A stretch of 44,111 nucleotides of DNA from a virus: positions 1-44,111 of the IMG/VR virus record IMGVR_UViG_3300045988_019654; one strand, 5' to 3'. The notes below the pieces were generated by a model, which saw only the letters and a list, made by a program, of their open reading frames with translations, made no database searches and was not told the DNA's origin. The translations under genes and the position numbers were made by a program. Below, one piece after another: positions 33,280 through 41,621 of the stretch (positions within the stretch are counted from its first letter, which is position 1; the number at the start of each line of letters is the position of its first letter).

Positions 33280-35379
33280 ATGAGTGAATATCCGAGTATG
33301 TATGATGCGGCTATCGAATATGCCAAAAAAGGATTTGCTGTCTTCCCGTTAAAGTACCGCGATAAAGTTCCGCTTACCAGGAATGGATGTAAGGATGCAA
33401 CTACAGACGCAGCTCAGATAAAAGCTTGGTGGCAGAAATATCCAAATGCAAACATAGGTCTTGCGACTGGTTCAGTTAGCCAGAATGTATTTGTAATTGA
33501 TTTAGACATTGACGAAGATCGCGGAATAGATGGGTACCATTCACTTGAAGATTGGCAGCGTGAACACGGTGATTTCCCAGAAACATGGACAGCTATCACA
33601 GGGCGTGGCGGATACCATTTGTACTATCGTGGAAATGGTAAAATAAAGAACCGAGCCGGAATTATTGATGGTGTAGATATTCGTGGAAATGGCGGGTATG
33701 TAGTAGCTCCTCCATCAATACATAAGAATGGCAATCGGTATGAATGGGAATATTCACCGGATGAATTTGAGATCGCAAAGGCCGATAACAATGTAGAATA
33801 CTTCTTGAACCATGACGATCAGAAGCAGAGCACAACTTTTACCATGCCAAATATCGTGGCAGCAGGACAAAGAAATCAGATGCTTTTTCGTTTTGCGTGT
33901 ATGATGCAGGCGAAAGGAGCGTCGGATCAATCAGTGTTCGCTGCTACCATGGCTGAGAATGAAAGTTCCTGCTCGCCTCCATTAACTGAACAGGAAGTCA
34001 AAGTCATTGTATCAAGTGCGACTAGATATGATAAAGGAAAGCCCATTCACATTGACTCAGATGGGGTTGCAACGCAAGGGTGGAGGGAGCCGGAGTTTGA
34101 TTTTACAGAAAAAGGAACAATGATTCAGAGCATTAAGAACATGTGTGAAGCCATTGAGTATGACCCTGACTTGTATGGACATATCAAATATAACGAGTTA
34201 TCATACGCGCCCTTTGTTTGCGGAAGTCTCCCGTGGGAACATGTAAACATGTATAGGGAATGGAGCAATAGTGATGACAGCAATTTGAAGTCGTACATTG
34301 AATCAAAATACGGGCTAAAGAGTCTGGAGAAGATCATGGAAGCACTCAATATCGTGGCAAATAGAAACAGATTCAACCCTGTTGTTGATATGCTTACTGA
34401 CATTCATAAGAATAAGTGGAATAAAAAGACCGGATATATCAACAAACTACTTCCAGAGTATCTGGGAGTGGAAGACACAGAGTATTCCAGGGAATGTATG
34501 AAACTGTTTATGTTAGGTGCAATCAGCAGAGCGTTCCATCCGGGATGTAAGTTTGACTACATGCCAGTATTATACGGCTCACAGGGAATTGGAAAATCTA
34601 CCTTCCTGAGACTTTTATCACTCAATAACGCATGGTATAACGACAACTTCAATACAATCGAGGGCGACAAAGCCCCGGAAAAGCTGCGAGGTATGTGGAT
34701 GGTGGAACTGGCAGAACTGTTGGCTACTAAAAAAGCAAAAGAAGTTGAGAGCATCAAAGCATTTTTAACGTCCACAGTGGACACGTACAGACCTCCATAT
34801 GGGCGCAGAACAGAGCAGAGACCAAGAGTGTGTGTATTTGCCGGAACAACCAACAATGACCGTTTCCTGACTGATAGAACAGGCAATAGACGATTCCTTC
34901 CGATAGTCACGAGAAAAGAACACGTCCTGAAATCCATGTTTGATGATCCACAAGCCGTAGCGTCAGACTTTACAAACGCCTGGGGAGAAGCCATGGAGCT
35001 TTTTGAAAAGGCCGATAGAACACCTAAGTTAATTCTTCCGAAGAATTTACAGCAATATATAGAGGATAAACAAGAGGAATTTATGGAAGAGGATGTGAGA
35101 GTCGGAATTATTCAAGAATGGCTAGACCATACAACGGAACCTCGTGTTTGCGTCGCAATGCTATATGAACAGGCGATGGGCAACGAGGGCCGCAAGCCCA
35201 CAAGGTTCGAGTCCAACGAAATTCACTCCATCATGCAGAACTGCATTGACGGATGGGAAAGGGAAAATGGCGGGAAACGGGTGAGATGTGGAAAGTATGG
35301 TCCACAGATATGCTACCAAAAAGTCAGAAAATTAAGTGAATTTGAAAAAATGTGTGAGTGTGAGATACCATTTGACTAG
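33280..35379 (+). CDS. Bifunctional primase-polymerase plus VirE/D5-like helicase replication protein
   Basis: Prim-Pol motifs are FAVFPL, VIDLDID, GGYHLYY and DIRGNGGYVVAPPSIH. A later Walker A reads YGSQGIGKST. The GTG at 33271 is an alternative start. Confidence 0.85.
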   Translation: MSEYPSMYDAAIEYAKKGFAVFPLKYRDKVPLTRNGCKDATTDAAQIKAWWQKYPNANIGLATGSVSQNVFVIDLDIDEDRGIDGYHSLEDWQREHGDFPETWTAITGRGGYHLYYRGNGKIKNRAGIIDGVDIRGNGGYVVAPPSIHKNGNRYEWEYSPDEFEIAKADNNVEYFLNHDDQKQSTTFTMPNIVAAGQRNQMLFRFACMMQAKGASDQSVFAATMAENESSCSPPLTEQEVKVIVSSATRYDKGKPIHIDSDGVATQGWREPEFDFTEKGTMIQSIKNMCEAIEYDPDLYGHIKYNELSYAPFVCGSLPWEHVNMYREWSNSDDSNLKSYIESKYGLKSLEKIMEALNIVANRNRFNPVVDMLTDIHKNKWNKKTGYINKLLPEYLGVEDTEYSRECMKLFMLGAISRAFHPGCKFDYMPVLYGSQGIGKSTFLRLLSLNNAWYNDNFNTIEGDKAPEKLRGMWMVELAELLATKKAKEVESIKAFLTSTVDTYRPPYGRRTEQRPRVCVFAGTTNNDRFLTDRTGNRRFLPIVTRKEHVLKSMFDDPQAVASDFTNAWGEAMELFEKADRTPKLILPKNLQQYIEDKQEEFMEEDVRVGIIQEWLDHTTEPRVCVAMLYEQAMGNEGRKPTRFESNEIHSIMQNCIDGWERENGGKRVRCGKYGPQICYQKVRKLSEFEKMCECEIPFD

Positions 35380-35382
35380 AAC

Positions 35383-35558
35383 TAGTTACACTTAGTTACA
35401 TTTAGTTACACCCTAAGATACACCTCAAACCATTATAAATACTGTATTTTTTACTTAGTGTAACTAATGTAACTAATATTTTACTATAAAGTATATTTTA
35501 ATAATTATATAAAAAGGTAATTATAGGGAAAATTAAATACTTATGTTACACGTTACAC
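35383..35558. promoter_or_regulatory. Putative replication origin: GTTACA iterons flanking an AT-rich core
   Basis: TTAGTTACA occurs three times with 10-bp phasing (35383..35410). Inverted TGTAACTAA occurs twice (35458..35477). GTTACAC occurs twice (35544..35558). AT-rich sequence lies between these sets. Confidence 0.6.
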
Positions 35559-35574
35559 ATTCAAGGGAGAAGAA

Positions 35575-35814
35575 ATGGCAAGTGTAAAGAAAGAAGATAT
35601 TCCAATGATGGCAATGTTTATGCCTAAATTATGGGAATTAATAAAAGAGTTTTATCTGGTTGAACTCACAGATGAATATTCAAAAGCAGCTTATGACCGC
35701 TGTATGGAATTAATAGAAATATATTCAGATCCATTAGCAAAAGAATTTGTTTTAGCATTTTGCAAATTTATTGATTCTAAACAAAGGGAGTTGAGAAAGA
35801 ATGTACAACACTAA
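35575..35814 (+). CDS. Hypothetical protein
   Basis: 79-aa ORF with RBS AGGGAGAAG. Confidence 0.5.
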   Translation: MASVKKEDIPMMAMFMPKLWELIKEFYLVELTDEYSKAAYDRCMELIEIYSDPLAKEFVLAFCKFIDSKQRELRKNVQH

Positions 35815-36067
35815 GAATAAATGCGAACAGGGACAGGCTCTCAGAAAAGAAATCTATCTGTATATCGTCAGTTATATCAAATTGGTTGGATATGCACCGT
35901 CAATTACAGAGATTTCTGAAAAGGTAGATGCCGGGAGAGCTACGGTCTGGAAACATATCAATCAGTTGATTGATGATGACCTGCTCAGAACAAACCACCC
36001 TAGTACCGACAGAGCATATACTCCAGTTGGGTACGGAATAAGAAAGACAAGCAAGGAGACAAAATGA
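35801..36067 (+). CDS. Winged-helix DNA-binding protein (LexA N-terminal-domain-like)
   Basis: GYAPSITEISEKVDAGRATVWKHINQLIDDDLL resembles the LexA-type winged HTH. Confidence 0.5.
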   Translation: MYNTKNKCEQGQALRKEIYLYIVSYIKLVGYAPSITEISEKVDAGRATVWKHINQLIDDDLLRTNHPSTDRAYTPVGYGIRKTSKETK

Positions 36068-36321
36068 AACTTTATGACATTGTTGCAGCAGACGGTGAAT
36101 TTGTAGAGTCCTTGACGCAAAGAGAAATCATGAATAAATTCGGACTTACAAAATGCAGATTCCGTACATTCTTGGACAACAGCTATCTGATTGACGGCAA
36201 ATATTGGATAGATGACTCTGCTGAAGATATGCAGGTGACTAGAAACGGATGTCGGAAGATGTTAAAACAGTTTGATGCTTTAACAGAAGACATAAGGAGG
36301 TCTGTTGGATGGGAAGCCTAA
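36064..36321 (+). CDS. Hypothetical protein
   Basis: 85-aa ORF with RBS AAGGAGA and an ATGA overlap. Confidence 0.45.
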   Translation: MKLYDIVAADGEFVESLTQREIMNKFGLTKCRFRTFLDNSYLIDGKYWIDDSAEDMQVTRNGCRKMLKQFDALTEDIRRSVGWEA

Positions 36322-36689
36322 AAATCAAGCAGAAAAAGAAAGCATTTGTTCCATATGCAAATAATCAAGCTCATATGTTTGCACAGTCTATCCAGAACTG
36401 CCAGAAAGAGCTTAAGGAAATGGAAAAGAAAGCCTATGAAGATGGATTTACTGTTGGTGAAGATTGGAGCAATACGATCAACACCGTCACAACTATGATG
36501 GCTCTGAGACGTTTATATGGCTTTTCTACGAAGCGATTGCTGGATGTGGTAAGAACTGCCAATGGGTATGTTGAAATGGCAAACAGGGGCGAAATGAGCG
36601 TTCTGAGCATGATGCAGGACATTGAAGAGAACACAGATGTAAGATTTGACGAGATGAATAAGAATCTGGTTAAGAAGATGGGAGTTTAA
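36309..36689 (+). CDS. Hypothetical protein
   Basis: 126-aa ORF with RBS AAGGAGG. Confidence 0.5.
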   Translation: MGSLKIKQKKKAFVPYANNQAHMFAQSIQNCQKELKEMEKKAYEDGFTVGEDWSNTINTVTTMMALRRLYGFSTKRLLDVVRTANGYVEMANRGEMSVLSMMQDIEENTDVRFDEMNKNLVKKMGV

Positions 36690-36690
36690 A

Positions 36691-38145
36691 ATGAAATTTA
36701 TAGATTTTTTCGCAGGAATCGGAGGATTTCGTAGGGGAATGGAATTGGCGGGGCATGAATGCGTTGGTTTTTGCGAATTTGATAAATTTGCTACTGCGAG
36801 TTACATCTCAATGCACTTGCTGACAGACGAGCAGCGAAAGGCATTGGAAGATATTCCTATCAAGAAAAGACAGAAAGAAATATTAAAGGAGGAATACAGA
36901 AATGGAGAATGGTACGCAAATGACATTAGAAGAGTGTATGCCGGAGACATTCCAAAAGCCGACTGCTGGTGCTTCGGATTCCCTTGTCAGGACATATCCG
37001 TTGCAGGAAAGCAAGCCGGATTTCAAGGAAACCGTTCAAGCCTGTTTTTCAGAGTTATGTACCTTGTCGGACAACTCAAAGAAGAAGATAAACCCACTTA
37101 CCTTTTCATTGAGAACGTTAAAAATCTGCTTAGTGTTAATGGAGGATGGGATTTCGCCAGACTGCTCATTGAAATGGAGCAGTGGGGGTATGATGCAGAA
37201 TGGCAGGTGCTCAACTCCAAAGATTTCGGAGTACCGCAAAACCGGGAAAGATGTTTCATTATCGGACATCTTAGAGGGAGAAGTACCTCAAAAATATTTC
37301 CTATCGAAGGAACAGACGGAAAAAATAGTGTTTCGTTAAATCTTTTTGGTTGTCTTAATGGTAGAAATTCACAAAGAGAAAGGGTTTATGACAGTGGTGG
37401 ACTTTCACCAACAATAAGCACGGTACCCGGAGGAAATACAGAACCTAAAACAGCAATTCCAGTATTAACACCAGACAGAGCAGAGAAACGTCAAAACGGA
37501 AGAAGGTTCAAAGATGATGGAGAGCCGATGTTCACATTGACATCTCAAGACAGACATGGAGTTGCGATTGATCCACTTGGAGTTCTGCGCAATGTTCGCA
37601 CAGAATATGGGAAAGAAATTCGTAAAGATTACGAAAGTGGAAAACTTAATATTTCCAGACATGAATTTCTTGCTAATGAAATCAGAGAAGATGGAATTGC
37701 AAATACATTGTCTACAGTCCAGAAAGATAATCAGCTTGCAGTAAAAGTAGCAGAAGCAACTAAGCAAGGATATTCAGAGTGCAGAGTTGGTGTTGATACT
37801 GTGAATCTATCAGTTCCAGGTAGTAAGACAAGAAGAGGAAGAGTTGGGAAAGAGATTGCAAACACACTAGACACAAGCTGCAATCAAGGGATATTTGTTC
37901 AAGTGTCGGAAGAATTGGTTGTATATGCTGTCTGGTATGAAAAATATCAGTGTTACATAGCAATCCGGAAGCTAACACCGTGTGAATGCTTTAGACTGCA
38001 AGGTTGGTCTGATGATTATTTTGAGAAAGCACAGTTCGTAAATTCTGACAGTCAGTTATACAAGCAGGCAGGAAACGGAGTAACTGTATCAGTGATTAAA
38101 GCAATTGCAGAGAAATTGAAATTAGGAGATGAACCAAATGGCTAA
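36691..38145 (+). CDS. DNA (cytosine-5) methyltransferase with an unusually long target-recognition region
   Basis: Motif I FAGIGGF, motif IV GFPCQDIS, motif VI ENVKNL, motif VIII QNRERCFIIG, motif X YKQAGNGVTV. About 240 aa separate motif VIII from motifs IX and X. Confidence 0.9.
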   Translation: MKFIDFFAGIGGFRRGMELAGHECVGFCEFDKFATASYISMHLLTDEQRKALEDIPIKKRQKEILKEEYRNGEWYANDIRRVYAGDIPKADCWCFGFPCQDISVAGKQAGFQGNRSSLFFRVMYLVGQLKEEDKPTYLFIENVKNLLSVNGGWDFARLLIEMEQWGYDAEWQVLNSKDFGVPQNRERCFIIGHLRGRSTSKIFPIEGTDGKNSVSLNLFGCLNGRNSQRERVYDSGGLSPTISTVPGGNTEPKTAIPVLTPDRAEKRQNGRRFKDDGEPMFTLTSQDRHGVAIDPLGVLRNVRTEYGKEIRKDYESGKLNISRHEFLANEIREDGIANTLSTVQKDNQLAVKVAEATKQGYSECRVGVDTVNLSVPGSKTRRGRVGKEIANTLDTSCNQGIFVQVSEELVVYAVWYEKYQCYIAIRKLTPCECFRLQGWSDDYFEKAQFVNSDSQLYKQAGNGVTVSVIKAIAEKLKLGDEPNG

Positions 38146-38383
38146 ATGTACAGCATTTGAAATAAACAGTCTTGAAATGAGTGAGTTTAGGCAACTCATT
38201 AAAAAACATACACCACAAAAGCCGAAATTTATGCGTAACAGAAGCGACACTTGCTCAGTATGGGAATGCTGCGAATGTGGGAACGTATTTATAACTACCC
38301 ACAGACCAGGAATTCTTGCTGGAACAGACATTGATTACTGTTCAAAATGTGGGCAGAGATTTGATTGGAGTGGGGATGAATAA
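38138..38383 (+). CDS. Zinc-ribbon protein
   Basis: The Cys pairs are CCECG ... CSKCG. The ATG at 38138 is better spaced from TAGGAGAT than the one at 38129. Confidence 0.5.
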   Translation: MAKCTAFEINSLEMSEFRQLIKKHTPQKPKFMRNRSDTCSVWECCECGNVFITTHRPGILAGTDIDYCSKCGQRFDWSGDE

Positions 38384-38477
38384 TGGAAAATACAGGACAA
38401 TATCTACATTCAGAGAAATCATGGAGGACTGCACAATAGCGTGCCAGTTGCTTACATGGGGAAAGTGAGGATGAGAA

Positions 38478-38657
38478 ATGGATAAATTAAAACCTTGTCC
38501 GTTTTGTGGAGGGAAAGCAGAAGTGTTAATCAACGAATACAGTGATTCAAGTAAAGAATATCTTGTAGCTTGCACAGAATGTGACGGAATGGTGGAACAT
38601 TGGAGAAAAACGGAGAAAGAAGCGATAGAGCAGTGGAACAGGAGGGTGGAAGCATGA
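38478..38657 (+). CDS. lar: Lar-family restriction alleviation-like zinc-finger protein (59 aa)
   Basis: Not in the ORF track. Translation: MDKLKPCPFCGGKAEVLINEYSDSSKEYLVACTECDGMVEHWRKTEKEAIEQWNRRVEA. The CPFCGG ... C..C ... EAI..WNRR pattern is typical of the Lar family. Confidence 0.65.
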   Translation: MDKLKPCPFCGGKAEVLINEYSDSSKEYLVACTECDGMVEHWRKTEKEAIEQWNRRVEA

Positions 38658-38803
38658 GCGATGAAATGACGCTTGTTCAGAACGAAGATGGAACTTTTAG
38701 TACATATAATGATACTTATGACATTGTAATACACTGCGAGACAGAAGAGGAACAGAAGAAAGTTATTGAGCATTTAAGAGGGATAAAGCTTCAGGAGGAC
38801 TAA
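38654..38803 (+). CDS. 49-aa acidic microprotein
   Basis: ATGA overlap with the lar-like gene. The track start at 38600 would overlap it out of frame. Confidence 0.45.
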   Translation: MSDEMTLVQNEDGTFSTYNDTYDIVIHCETEEEQKKVIEHLRGIKLQED

Positions 38804-38956
38804 ATGGGAAGATGTAAATTAGAATGCCCGGACAACGAAACACAGTGTTGCATCTGCTGTACTAAGCAGGATTCTTGTCAGTGCAGATGTGATGATATGG
38901 ATAGTTATGAATATGCGGAGGAATGTGAAGATTATGTAAAGGAGGAAGAAACATGA
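38804..38956 (+). CDS. 50-aa protein with 10 cysteines
   Basis: Not in the ORF track. Translation: MGRCKLECPDNETQCCICCTKQDSCQCRCDDMDSYEYAEECEDYVKEEET. RBS CAGGAGGA. Confidence 0.45.
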   Translation: MGRCKLECPDNETQCCICCTKQDSCQCRCDDMDSYEYAEECEDYVKEEET

Positions 38957-39054
38957 TTACATTCTTGTTAGGATTCGCCCTTGGAACCATATTCGGAGTA
39001 GCTGGACTTGTATGCGTAGCGATCATGTACGACAAACACCATCCAGATGAATGA
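38953..39054 (+). CDS. 33-aa single-TM peptide
   Basis: Not in the ORF track. ATGA overlap, RBS AAGGAGGAAG. Translation: MITFLLGFALGTIFGVAGLVCVAIMYDKHHPDE. Confidence 0.4.
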   Translation: MITFLLGFALGTIFGVAGLVCVAIMYDKHHPDE

Positions 39055-39088
39055 AACAGTTGAAATTGCGAAAGGTGGTGGAAATTGA

Positions 39089-39349
39089 ATGGGTAGATTA
39101 ATAGATGCAGACGAATTAATCAAATACATCAAAATTTGGGAAATTGGCACAAGTATTAGCTCTGACCAGAAAGAGTTTATTGATTGCGTCAATGAACAGC
39201 CGACAGTTTTTGATGTGGACAAGGTTGTGGAGCAGTTGAAAACAAAAAAGGCAAGAACTGCTGCATTACAGAAAGCATCGGAGTATTTCGAGGGTGAAAC
39301 TGATGCGTTTGAAGTTGCAATCAAAATCGTGAAGGATGGGGAGAGTTGA
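39089..39349 (+). CDS. Hypothetical protein
   Basis: 86-aa ORF, co-oriented. The overlapping 163-aa antisense ORF is rejected. Confidence 0.5.
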   Translation: MGRLIDADELIKYIKIWEIGTSISSDQKEFIDCVNEQPTVFDVDKVVEQLKTKKARTAALQKASEYFEGETDAFEVAIKIVKDGES

Positions 39350-39592
39350 ATGAGCAGTGCAAGTACAATATTCGGAACAAAAGCGTATGTATGTGCAAGA
39401 TATTTTCTTAGGCCGGGAAAGTGCTTCAAATACATTGGCCAGCACGGCGAGGACGTCACAGAACACGTTTATGAAGTCATGGCATTATATCCGTACTGTG
39501 TCCTGCTAAGAGATACCAGAAACGGAGTCAGAACTTGTCCGGGATATAACACGCTGAGTCTGATGTTGAGAGGAAGTGAAGCGAGTGAGTAA
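39350..39592 (+). CDS. Hypothetical protein
   Basis: 80-aa ORF that starts 1 nt after the upstream stop codon. Confidence 0.5.
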   Translation: MSSASTIFGTKAYVCARYFLRPGKCFKYIGQHGEDVTEHVYEVMALYPYCVLLRDTRNGVRTCPGYNTLSLMLRGSEASE

Positions 39593-39776
39593 ATGGTATG
39601 TAAGTGTCGGAATGAGCTTATCAATTGATTATGACGATATTGAAGCCGATACAAAAGAAGAAGCTGAGGAAATAGCAAAAACACGGGCATCAGAAGATAT
39701 TGACTACAATAACTGCGATTGTGAAGTTGACAGTATGAGCGTGTGGTCTAGTTTTAAGGAGGAAGAAAATGAGTAA
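39576..39776 (+). CDS. Hypothetical acidic protein
   Basis: 66-aa ORF. The start is ambiguous (GTG at 39576 or 39585, or ATG at 39612). Confidence 0.4.
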   Translation: MKRVSKWYVSVGMSLSIDYDDIEADTKEEAEEIAKTRASEDIDYNNCDCEVDSMSVWSSFKEEENE

Positions 39777-40032
39777 ATCAGTATTAGTGATTGATACGCC
39801 AGAGAATTGCGGAAAATGCAAATTTATAAGCGGATTTTGGTGCAGAGCAATGAATGGTAGGAGAGTTCCAAACAATGATGTAATCCCTAATTGGTGTCCA
39901 TTGAAGCCATTGCCAGATAAAATGAAATTAACAGGAGTGTACGGAAGAGAGTATTTTCAAAGCAATGGGAAGATGCCTAGTTACAAGATTGGTTGGAACC
40001 AGTGTATTGATGAGATTACAGGAGGAGAATGA
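39769..40032 (+). CDS. Hypothetical Cys-containing protein
   Basis: RBS AAGGAGGAAG. Cysteines occur in CGKC...WC...WC. Confidence 0.5.
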   Translation: MSKSVLVIDTPENCGKCKFISGFWCRAMNGRRVPNNDVIPNWCPLKPLPDKMKLTGVYGREYFQSNGKMPSYKIGWNQCIDEITGGE

Positions 40033-40035
40033 TGC

Positions 40036-40212
40036 ATGGCAATAAATATAAGCGAAACTGTGAAAAAGTGTAGTGTTTGTGGCAAATGGAAAATCACAGC
40101 GTATGAACCGGATTATCCGATACTTAATGATAGCCGTTTTAGGTATCCGAAAGCAATTTTTATTTGCGAAGAATGCGCGAAAAAGCGCGAAGAAAAGAAT
40201 ATATTTTTGTGA
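40036..40212 (+). CDS. 58-aa zinc-ribbon microprotein
   Basis: Not in the ORF track. Translation: MAINISETVKKCSVCGKWKITAYEPDYPILNDSRFRYPKAIFICEECAKKREEKNIFL, with CxxC ... CxxC. GGAGGAG lies upstream. Confidence 0.5.
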   Translation: MAINISETVKKCSVCGKWKITAYEPDYPILNDSRFRYPKAIFICEECAKKREEKNIFL

Positions 40213-40222
40213 GGTGAAATAG

Positions 40223-40573
40223 ATGATTGATTTAAGAAACACATGTGTTCTGGTTAGAACAAAAGAAGAAAATGAAATGCTTCTCAAAGAAGCTGAGAAA
40301 CAGGAATTTCATTGGTATAGAAAAGACCATTGCGAGCCATTACAAACACAATATTTTCCAGACATTTTAAAATTTTATGAATATGATATAACTTATGCGG
40401 CAAGTGTCAGATCAGACTTTGCTTTCTATGAGGCATCAGAACTTCTCGGGACAAAAGAAATGACAGTAAGAGAGTTTATTGAGCGGATTGCAGATGTTTG
40501 TAAATGCATCGAATCTGGCGGTGGAGAAGTTGAAAGAGGTGAAGTAAATGGAGAGATTAACGGAAAGATATGA
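40223..40573 (+). CDS. Hypothetical protein
   Basis: 116-aa ORF with RBS GAGGTGA. Confidence 0.5.
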   Translation: MIDLRNTCVLVRTKEENEMLLKEAEKQEFHWYRKDHCEPLQTQYFPDILKFYEYDITYAASVRSDFAFYEASELLGTKEMTVREFIERIADVCKCIESGGGEVERGEVNGEINGKI

Positions 40574-40961
40574 TATTACGCCAGACGGAGAATCAGATGT
40601 CTGGGTTAAACAGCACGATTACATTTCAGCAGCGCGAAAGCTTTGCGATTATGAAGACTTAGAAGAGCATGGTTTGTTTGTAAGACTGCCGGTTAAAATC
40701 GGTGATGATATTTATAAGATTCCGAGCAAAGCAAATTATGATTTAAATGTCCTGAATGGGAATAAAGCAAATAACAGAGTGTATCATCAAAAAGCTTACA
40801 GCATTGTATTTTCACAAAGTGGTTGGTTCGTGCAGTGCGATAAAGACAGTATTCATGCCCCGAATGTAATTTGCGTTGACGTAGAATACGGGAAAACATG
40901 GTTTCTCACTCGTGAAGAAGCTGAGAAGAAGTTGGAGGAGATGAAGAATGACAAGGCCTGA
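40548..40961 (+). CDS. Hypothetical protein (common Firmicutes-phage MERLTER... N-terminus)
   Basis: 137-aa ORF with RBS AGAGGTGAAG. Confidence 0.5.
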   Translation: MERLTERYDITPDGESDVWVKQHDYISAARKLCDYEDLEEHGLFVRLPVKIGDDIYKIPSKANYDLNVLNGNKANNRVYHQKAYSIVFSQSGWFVQCDKDSIHAPNVICVDVEYGKTWFLTREEAEKKLEEMKNDKA

Positions 40962-41433
40962 GATTACGGCAGAATTATCAACCATGATTGAAAAGAAAAT
41001 CAATCCGAACAACGATCCTCGTATCTACTGGGCAAAAGAGGTGACGTTTGATTATTCTACAAACCATGCAGTTAGAGTGGACTATATGAAATTTGTTCCA
41101 GTGAACAATAGTGTTTCCGGGATAGAAAAAGGTGATTGCTATTGCTATGAAATCAAGTCATCTATTGAAGATTTCAAATCTGGCCATGGATTGAATTTCA
41201 TTGGAGATTACAATTATTTGGTTATGCCAGGGGAATTAGCTGCAACAGTATCTTTGAAAATTCCGTATCATGTAGGAATATATATCCCAGAAGGAAACGA
41301 ACTTATATGTGCCAAGAAAGCCAAACGAGCCAATAGAGCGAGGCCTGTATCTGAAATACTTCTGATGATGTTTCGGTCTGCAAACAGAGATTACAGGAAA
41401 ACGGTAAAGAAACTGGAGGAGATGAAGAAATGA
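40948..41433 (+). CDS. MmcB-like PD-(D/E)xK nuclease-fold protein
   Basis: The pattern EVTF...VRVDYM ... CYCYEIKSSIEDFKSGHGLNFIGDYNYLVMP fits a D ... ExK core. Confidence 0.5.
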   Translation: MTRPEITAELSTMIEKKINPNNDPRIYWAKEVTFDYSTNHAVRVDYMKFVPVNNSVSGIEKGDCYCYEIKSSIEDFKSGHGLNFIGDYNYLVMPGELAATVSLKIPYHVGIYIPEGNELICAKKAKRANRARPVSEILLMMFRSANRDYRKTVKKLEEMKK

Positions 41434-41621
41434 ATAGCAAACTTACACCAGACATAACGCCAAACCTTGCTATATCAGCATACCACGTACTACAGCAATA
41501 TTGTACTGGACAGCCAGCGGATTGCAAAGGCTGCGGATTCTACGAACACTGTCCAGAATGTTTTCAAGGCATACCATGTGACTGGAGTTTGAATGAAGAA
41601 GGTGAAGTAAATGAATCTTAG
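41430..41621 (+). CDS. Hypothetical Cys-rich protein
   Basis: 63-aa ORF with an ATGA overlap. Cysteines occur in CTGQPADCKGCGFYEHCPEC. Confidence 0.45.
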   Translation: MNSKLTPDITPNLAISAYHVLQQYCTGQPADCKGCGFYEHCPECFQGIPCDWSLNEEGEVNES

